Shown here piece by piece: positions 56,914 through 64,000 of a stretch of 64,000 nt of DNA. The notes under the pieces were generated by a model, which had not been told where the DNA came from, made no database searches, and saw nothing but the letters and a program-made list of their open reading frames with translations. Source of the DNA: Chrysomallon squamiferum (lineage: Eukaryota > Animalia > Mollusca); assembly GCA_012295275.1 (NCBI GenBank), contig CM022667.1, forward strand, positions 6,820,001-6,884,000. The letters are read 5' to 3'. Each line of letters begins with the position of its first letter. The first letter of the stretch is position 1. The translations under genes were made by a program, and so were the position numbers.

Positions 56914-57150
56914 TATCAGCAACAGTTTCAGTCAGATTATATCGAAAAGTCCCTCAAAACAACATTTGAATCAACAACGTGAAGAGCAGACTCGATGCGC
57001 TACGAGCTTCAACAACTCTTGTTTGACCCGGATATATTTACACAAAGGTTATCTCAGGACACCGCGGTCTTCGAACATGCGCATTAGCGATGCACATGGT
57101 TCCGGCAGGCGATAGAAAGTTACAGATAAGAAGTGATGGGTGTGCTCATT
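56914..57150. promoter_or_regulatory. CpG-enriched putative bidirectional promoter / 5' UTR region
   Basis: Local CpG enrichment; NRF1-like CATGCGCAT (57076-57084); ETS-like TTCCGG (57100-57105); palindrome ACCGCGGT (57061-57068); lies between two divergent start codons. Confidence 0.55.
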
Positions 57151-59540
57151 TATTTTTATTTTTATGTTTTAGTAAGAAATTCTTCTGGAAATTTATTGTT
57201 TATGATAATTTAAGATAACTCTAGTATAATAATAGCACATTGTTTTACAATGACACTCTCTCTAAAACTAAATTATTTAGTTGGAAAAGTTGACGTCTGC
57301 TCCACTTGCTTGGTTTCATCTTCAATCATTAGTTGTTAGTATAATGCACTCATAAAAAAAAAAAAATAATAAAAAATAAAAAATAAAGAACGAAAGAAAG
57401 AAGTAAGCTGGTTAAATCAACGTTTCGAGAGACATTTACTTCACATAATCAGAATCATTGTACATATATTTTAAATTTATTTCAATTAATTAAAAAAAAT
57501 TATTTATTTATTCCCAACATTAAAGTTCTAATAAATTCAGAATGAAATGTTATCACAGCCAAATACATATTCGAGAAATTAAAATATTTTTAATTAAATA
57601 ACATCTGGGACATAATCAAATTTTGTATATGAAAATGACTGAATTTTGTAATTATTCAAATTATAAATTAACAACAATGATATTTCTTCATTTTTCTTTT
57701 CTATTTATGCCATTGAATTCAGACTAGGGCAATTAAAGATAGGATGTCACCATTTTTATATTTATCAGAAAATGTTCTGTATTGTGTATTTTTAAAGTGA
57801 AATATAGTTTGAAAACAGAAAAGTAAAATGTGGTATTTTACTGATACATCAAGTTGGACAGTTTCCTGACACTAAGTGATTATGATGTGGCTGGAGGCTG
57901 TACCACTAAGTGAACTGAGATGTCACATGAGTTGTCAAATGCAGCAGCTGATAAGAAGCTGTCACAGTTGATGTGAGCCACGTCCATGCTTCATTTCATC
58001 CACTGTTGGTGTCAGTGTATCAACACACTGTTTCAATATATCAACACATTAACATTAAACACGAAATCTACAATGTTGCAAATGATTTGTTATTTTGTTT
58101 TGCTATTTATTTGTTTTGTGTGTGAGTGCATATGGACAGACAGACAGACAGGCTCATTCAACTTTTTACTAGCTGAGATAAACCAAAGTTGTTTTTAAAA
58201 TAAATTATTGGTTTTCTGGATGGAACATAGTACAAAAACACTTGTGTTATTTATCTCCAATTGCATTAACAAAATACATGGTATCTGCTGACCTGTCTTC
58301 AAACTGTTCATTTAAATGATGCATTATTATTAAATTTAAAAACAAATAACACTTAATGAATTCAAAGAGATGTCATCTGATATCTTTGCTTATTCATTCA
58401 AAATATAACCATAGATTAAAACATACTGATAATATTAAATGTTTGAACGTCTTTCTTCTTAATATTTTTTCTTGATTTTACTTTTTTATTTTTTCCACCA
58501 TTTTCCGTATTGATGAAAGGAGAAAATTATGAAGAATTATTTAAAGTCTTGTGGGACAGGTTGTTTATATATAAATGGTTGCAGTGTAAGGGAGATAACT
58601 GCTTTTTTAATATGTGATTTCAAAATACATAATTATTACCATCTGCTCCATTTTCAGAGTAAACTGCATATACTTGGTATTTACATTGTTACGACATATA
58701 TATACATATATACATACATATATATGTAACTTACATATAATAGATTTATTTTTTTTTTGTTATTTTTGTTTTCTTGTATTTATTATTATATTTTATTTTA
58801 TTTTATTTTATTATAGTATACATCATTTTATAAATAGACATATTTATTGCTTTGTTAAGATGACAGTAATTTAATATCAACATATCACCAATAATATTGA
58901 TTTTTGACAAATGTTTTTATTTATTTATCTTTATATTAAATAAATCTAACAATGAAAACCACAAAACAAGAAAATGGTAAAACAGATCTATGTTAGTTAA
59001 TGATACACTCAAAACATTTTTGTTTTAACTAAAACTAATAAAAAGATATCACAATCCCCCCAAAAGACTATAATTAATACTGATACAGATTAACAGTAAT
59101 GCATGAAATTCTTGTTTCCTGTTAAAAGGGTTACCTTTTTTTTATTTTATTGTTTATTTGTATTTATTGTATATATTTTTATTATTATTATTATTATAAT
59201 TTGATTAGATGCAAAGGACTTTAAATCTCATAAAAAAGAGCAAACATTTGTTTTTGATGAAACACTCAAACATTGGTTGGAATTGGAAGGTCCATCCCCT
59301 GAGACAAAGTTTAGTAAAAATGAATAAATAACCAGATGAGAACTGTTAGAAATATGTGAGAGATTCTTGGTCAAAGAAGTCCATTTTTAACAAGTTAATT
59401 TTAGTTGTTAATCTCTTTTAGATGCTGAGACATGCCATTACTGTCAATATTTATATTTTTTATGATGTTGTGTTTTTGAATGTATATATTATATACTCCA
59501 TTATTACAAAAGTGTTTTTATATTCTAGTAACATATCACA

Positions 59541-62500
59541 ATGGAGAATGTAAGAGGAGACATGAAGTACAGTCAAGTAGAAAACAACTACTCCACTGAG
59601 CACAGACTTCTGCCAAGTGTTGATGAAATCATTACACATCAGCACCATTCCCTGTCAACTCAGAATTTACACAGGAATATCAATTCACAACATGCACCAG
59701 TATTTCTTAGTGAACAGAGAACTCATCCAGGCAGAAATGTGATAAATGCTGGAACCTATGCGAACCAATGCAGTCTGCAAGACCCCATTTTTCCAGGATA
59801 TCCTTTACCTCACAACATGAGTGACATGTTTGAAATAGCACACATTGAAAACCCTGACTCTCCACAGACCATCACTTCAAGTGGGAATCAGTCTGTGCTG
59901 CCATTAGAGCATTCAGACTTTCATACATTTCCAACTAGTGTTCACTTTGATCAGATGAGATATCATTCATTGTATCCACTAGCAAGACCAAGCAGACATG
60001 AAATTAATCTTGACGCTCATGTTAATCACTTCATTTCATTTGATCCATGCTTCTATTCAGACATGAACACAGCAGCAGGTTCTTTACCCAACAACCCTTT
60101 CATGAACTGTGAAGCATACACAAAGAGAGTATGGCAAGGAAATCACAGTGAACATGTCTTCTCTGCTTATTCACCATGGCAGACTACTTCTAATCTTTAT
60201 GGCTGGGATTTGGGAGGAGCTGGTACAGATAATGACAACAGTCTCAGTAAAAGAAATACAGCTTTCACTAATGATCCAATTTATTATGGTAGCCAGCAAA
60301 TGCCACTTGATGAAACCTGCAAATATACATTTTGTATGTCTGAGCAGACAGAGGGGAGACATGAAAACGACGAAGAAACAACTCTAGAAGAAGAAGAGCT
60401 GTGTCCAGTGAAAGAAGATTGCATTCAGAATGCTCTAGAGTTCCAGTCAGTAATACATGTAGACAACACAGCAGAAAGACAACAGAAGAATATAAATACA
60501 GCCACCTCCATCCACCATGAACTGCTAATAGACAGAAAAAAGTTCACTGGAAGCCATGAGGATATCTTACCTTATAAAAATATTTTTCACAACAAGAACA
60601 TTTTGTCTTCTGAACAGTGTAGCAGTAGTTGTTCAGACACTTCACCAGTAACTAGTGACTTGGAGAGTAGACACATTTCACACACCAACAGAGCATCAAC
60701 AGTGACTAGTGACTTGGAGAGTAAACACTGTTCACACACCAACAGAACATCAACAGTGACTAGTGACTTGGAGAGTAAACACTGTTCACACACCAACAGA
60801 ACATCAACAGTGACTAGTGACTTGGAGAGTAAACACTGTTCACACACCAACAGAACATCGACAGTGACTAGTGACTTGGAGAGTAAACACTGTTCACACA
60901 CCAACAGAACATCGACAGTGACTAGTGACTTGGAGAGTAAACACTGTTCACACACCAACAGAGCATCAATAGTGACTAGGGACTTAGAGAGTAAACACTC
61001 TTCATATAGAAAGAGAGCATCAACAGTGACTAGCACCTCACAGGTCAAACGTCGTTCATACAGGAGCAGAAAGTTCAGTCAGGAATTCTTCAAGAAGTGG
61101 TCAGGTTTTGAGGATGTTCCGTTTGTTATTTCAGGTAAATCTGGTAGGCAAGTAGTATGTAGTACACCAAAAAGACAGAAAGTCGGTGCTGTGTGTGAGA
61201 AAAAGTTTAAATGTGAAACTTGTGACAGATGCTTCTACAGTCACCAGAAGTTCTCCCATCACGTGAAGAAACACGCAGAGTTTGAAGATTGTTGTACTGC
61301 GTCGTTTAACCAGGACCTCATCACTCACAGCTATCAGCATGACGTCAGTGACATTTCACACAGTTCGCCTGCACATCCATCAGCTGATTCACAAATATTC
61401 AGAACAAGAAATTCAAGATCTTTTAAAACAAAGAACTCAAAAATGTTTAAAGTGAACAACTCTGCCACATATAAAATAACTGATAATGGAATAATTTCAG
61501 ACAAACAACTGCAACCATTTGTGAAGGTGAACTGTGGAGTGTTTTCCTGCAGTACTTGCAGAGTTTGCTTCTCCAGTTGCTCAGAGTACAGAACACACAA
61601 GTGTCAGCAGCACTGTGATTGTCATGTCATGTCAAGTGACAGTGACAGCTCCACTACATCACAACATTACTTTGACTGTTCGGTTTGCGGATTGAAGTTT
61701 GAGAATAAATTTATGTACTCGAAGCACTGTGTCAGTGAGACACACAGACACAGACTGAGACAAGCAACTCACTCTTGTAAACAACCTCCTTCTCATCACC
61801 CAGCAGGCAGTGAGGCTGATGTTAACAAATATGAAAACACTTCACAACTGGACATTGACAGAGATGGACAGAAGATTGAGGAAGCAGTGTCTATAGATCT
61901 CACAGCTTCACAGTTTAAACTTGAGAATGTTAGCAGTGATGAAATAAAATGTGAATACCACTTTTCAACTGTCAAGAAAGAAAACAGTGTTGTGTGTGTC
62001 TGTTCTCCCAGCCCAGTTGTTCAGGAACAATCAGAGATGCCTGCTACCAGTGAGGACAATCTGACTGACTTGAAACCAGTCACAAAATGTTGTGCACAAA
62101 CACAGAGCACAGTAATCAGCAGTGTTCAAAGCAAACATCAACCAGATGAAAATAACAATTTCACAACACAGTGTCTCGGAAGTACAAATGTTACAGCTAT
62201 ATGTCTGGAAAGTACAGATATTACAGCTAGACGTCTGGAAAGTACAAATGTTACAGCTGGATGTCTGGAAAGTACAAATGTTACAGCTGTATGTCTGGAA
62301 AGTACAAATGTTACAACTGGATGTCTGGAAAGTACAGATATTAAAGCTAGACATTTGGAAAGTACAAATGTTACAGCTGGATGTCTGGAAAGTACAGATA
62401 TTAAATATAGACATTTGGAAAGTATAAATGTTACAGCTGGATGTCTGGAAAGTACAGATATTAAGTACAGACATTTGGAAAGTACAAATGTTACATCTGA

Positions 62501-64000
62501 ACATCTGGAAAGTACAGATATTAAATATAGACATTTGGAAAGTACAAATGTTACAGCCGAACATCTGGAAAGTACAGATATTAAATATAGACATTTGGAA
62601 AGTAGAGATGTTACAACTAAATATCTGCAACATTTAGGTACGGCTTCATTTTCCAGTTCTGCTGACAAGAAGTCATTTGTTTGCAGTGATGAGCAACCTG
62701 CTAATATTTGTTTTGCAGAAACCAAATGTTTTTACAGTGAGAAGACAACAGAAGAGAAACGAGAAGGACATGTGATGTCCTGTTACCATGGTGATCAGTG
62801 GAAGAGGGATGAAATAACAACAGTATCTTGTAATTCTGTGTCTGAGCTGTTGTCACAGGATCATATGAAAGTTGATGACAACAAACTACAAAGTGAGGAA
62901 AATGTTTTGGAATTTAATGTTATTATTCAGAGTGATCTGCAGAGATTTCAGCTTGGTGAAAGCAGGTGTAATATTGAAATCTTTGAATCAGACACTTGTG
63001 AGCAGAGTGTTAAATCAAGCACTGAGAGTAGTGAGCAGAGTGTTAAATCAAGCACTGAGAGTAGTGAGCAGAGTGTTAAATCATGTACTGAGCAGAGTGT
63101 TAAATCGAGCACTGAGAGTAGTGAGCAGAGTGTTGAATCATGTACTGAGAGTAGTGAGCAGAGTGTTGAATCATGTACTGAGAGTAGTGAGCAGAGTGTT
63201 AAATTATGTACTGAGAGTAGTGAGCAGAGTGTTAAATTGCACTGTTTTTCTGTTGTTGACAAACAAGACACATGTGTTAAAACTGATGAGCTATCTAATG
63301 AGACAGTGTGTGAACTTGAAGAACATGTGAATGAGGAAAGTGCTTTGAGGGGAGATAGTGGACTCTGGACAGATATTTTCTCAGGAGAGGATGAAGGCAC
63401 TGGACTAACAGAATGTGATGAGGAAGTATGGAATGTTGTCAGCTACAGATGTGTTGACAATGAATGTGGAAGTGAAGATGGAATAACCTTTGAGTTTCAG
63501 TACACTGTCCAGTCTGGAGACAGTGAAAACATGTGGAGTATAATGTCTGACTGTGTCGGGTTGTCTGCTGATTCACAGGAGACAAGTGAAATAAATACAG
63601 ACAGTCAAAGTGTTTGGTCTGACAAGCTCTCTGCTAGCTGTGAAATGTTAAATTTATCACACCATAAACACAACACAGGTAAAACCTACTTCTGTAAAAT
63701 CTGTAAAGAGACATTTGTAAATCCATTCAAGTTTTCAGCTCACTACAACAAAAAGTCTCACATCACACTGGCCTCCCATTTCTACCCAGATGCAAGTATT
63801 GGAAAGTCAGCAAACAAAAAACCCACAAATGTAGTACAGCATTTGAAGGCAAGAGACAAGACAAGGAAGCATGCAGGTACTAGATGTTGTAAGAAAATAG
63901 TAAAATGTCGGTGTAACAGCATCCATTCCAGTTGTGAAAAGAAGACCAAACTGTCGGGAAGAGTACAGAGTCTGTTTATGTCTGGTGTATTGTTTAGAAC
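59541..64000 (+). CDS. Large C2H2 zinc-finger protein with internal tandem repeats, partial (at least 1486 aa, open at window end)
   Basis: Hand translation from ATG 59541 (MENVRGDMKYSQVE...) shows no stop to 64000. An in-frame TAA at 59529 and a possible acceptor TTCTAG at 59528 lie just upstream. Fingers: FKCETCDRCFYSHQKFSHHVKKH (61206-61274), FSCSTCRVCFSSCSEYRTHKCQQH (61542-61613), FDCSVCGLKFENKFMYSKHCVSETH (61671-61745), YFCKICKETFVNPFKFSAHYNKKSH (63687-63761). Confidence 0.9.
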   Translation, partial: MENVRGDMKYSQVENNYSTEHRLLPSVDEIITHQHHSLSTQNLHRNINSQHAPVFLSEQRTHPGRNVINAGTYANQCSLQDPIFPGYPLPHNMSDMFEIAHIENPDSPQTITSSGNQSVLPLEHSDFHTFPTSVHFDQMRYHSLYPLARPSRHEINLDAHVNHFISFDPCFYSDMNTAAGSLPNNPFMNCEAYTKRVWQGNHSEHVFSAYSPWQTTSNLYGWDLGGAGTDNDNSLSKRNTAFTNDPIYYGSQQMPLDETCKYTFCMSEQTEGRHENDEETTLEEEELCPVKEDCIQNALEFQSVIHVDNTAERQQKNINTATSIHHELLIDRKKFTGSHEDILPYKNIFHNKNILSSEQCSSSCSDTSPVTSDLESRHISHTNRASTVTSDLESKHCSHTNRTSTVTSDLESKHCSHTNRTSTVTSDLESKHCSHTNRTSTVTSDLESKHCSHTNRTSTVTSDLESKHCSHTNRASIVTRDLESKHSSYRKRASTVTSTSQVKRRSYRSRKFSQEFFKKWSGFEDVPFVISGKSGRQVVCSTPKRQKVGAVCEKKFKCETCDRCFYSHQKFSHHVKKHAEFEDCCTASFNQDLITHSYQHDVSDISHSSPAHPSADSQIFRTRNSRSFKTKNSKMFKVNNSATYKITDNGIISDKQLQPFVKVNCGVFSCSTCRVCFSSCSEYRTHKCQQHCDCHVMSSDSDSSTTSQHYFDCSVCGLKFENKFMYSKHCVSETHRHRLRQATHSCKQPPSHHPAGSEADVNKYENTSQLDIDRDGQKIEEAVSIDLTASQFKLENVSSDEIKCEYHFSTVKKENSVVCVCSPSPVVQEQSEMPATSEDNLTDLKPVTKCCAQTQSTVISSVQSKHQPDENNNFTTQCLGSTNVTAICLESTDITARRLESTNVTAGCLESTNVTAVCLESTNVTTGCLESTDIKARHLESTNVTAGCLESTDIKYRHLESINVTAGCLESTDIKYRHLESTNVTSEHLESTDIKYRHLESTNVTAEHLESTDIKYRHLESRDVTTKYLQHLGTASFSSSADKKSFVCSDEQPANICFAETKCFYSEKTTEEKREGHVMSCYHGDQWKRDEITTVSCNSVSELLSQDHMKVDDNKLQSEENVLEFNVIIQSDLQRFQLGESRCNIEIFESDTCEQSVKSSTESSEQSVKSSTESSEQSVKSCTEQSVKSSTESSEQSVESCTESSEQSVESCTESSEQSVKLCTESSEQSVKLHCFSVVDKQDTCVKTDELSNETVCELEEHVNEESALRGDSGLWTDIFSGEDEGTGLTECDEEVWNVVSYRCVDNECGSEDGITFEFQYTVQSGDSENMWSIMSDCVGLSADSQETSEINTDSQSVWSDKLSASCEMLNLSHHKHNTGKTYFCKICKETFVNPFKFSAHYNKKSHITLASHFYPDASIGKSANKKPTNVVQHLKARDKTRKHAGTRCCKKIVKCRCNSIHSSCEKKTKLSGRVQSLFMSGVLFR
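60648..61034 (+). repeat. Coding 54-bp repeat x7 (VTSDLESKHCSHTNRTST)
   Basis: Units start every 54 nt from 60648, in frame. Confidence 0.95.
62172..62630 (+). repeat. Coding 30-bp repeat x~15 (LESTNVTAGC / LESTDIKYRH alternating)
   Basis: 30-nt period, becoming a 60-nt dimer in the 3' half; in frame. Confidence 0.95.
63000..63240 (+). repeat. Coding 33-bp repeat x~7.5 (EQSVKSSTESS)
   Basis: 33-nt units plus one in-frame 24-nt short unit. Confidence 0.95.

Noticed and set aside
60109-63400. Listed ORFs overlapping the large plus-strand ORF (60587-61048, 62031-62633, 62138-62725, 62872-63330, 62948-63400)
   Set aside because: Alternative-frame or antisense by-products of the coding tandem repeats; the true frame is the unlisted one from 59541.
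61671-63761. Plus-strand protein as a teashirt paralog because of H-x5-H finger spacing
   Set aside because: The fingers lack the Tsh HM signature, and there is no MPRRKQ or PLDLS motif.

Overview
AT-rich, microsatellite- and minisatellite-dense animal genomic DNA. It looks invertebrate, possibly molluscan, but the taxon is only a guess. The window holds two divergent genes, and the supplied ORF track does not report either properly. (1) Minus strand: a teashirt/tiptop (TSHZ-family) gene. A 40-nt first coding exon at 56913-56874 encodes MPRRKQNYPKRLK plus 1 nt and ends at a GTGAGT donor. A ~56.3 kb phase-1 intron (600-56873) follows, then a second coding region starting at 599 that runs off the left edge. 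That region has an acidic tract and then a CtBP-type DQPLDLSKK motif, but the two lie in different frames. The break is fixed either by removing a 148-nt GT-AG segment (461-314) or by a single indel. (2) Plus strand: an uninterrupted ORF from 59541 to beyond 64000 (at least 1486 codons) encoding a protein I do not recognise, with four dispersed C2H2-type zinc fingers and three in-frame tandem repeat arrays. A CpG-enriched putative bidirectional promoter lies between the two genes (~56.9-57.15 kb). The intron is a mosaic of ~25 minisatellites, microsatellites and unique islands rich in Hox-Pbx, Meis/TALE and YY1/PHO-like motifs. I found no RNA genes, CRISPR arrays or intact transposons. All motif and copy counts were made by eye.
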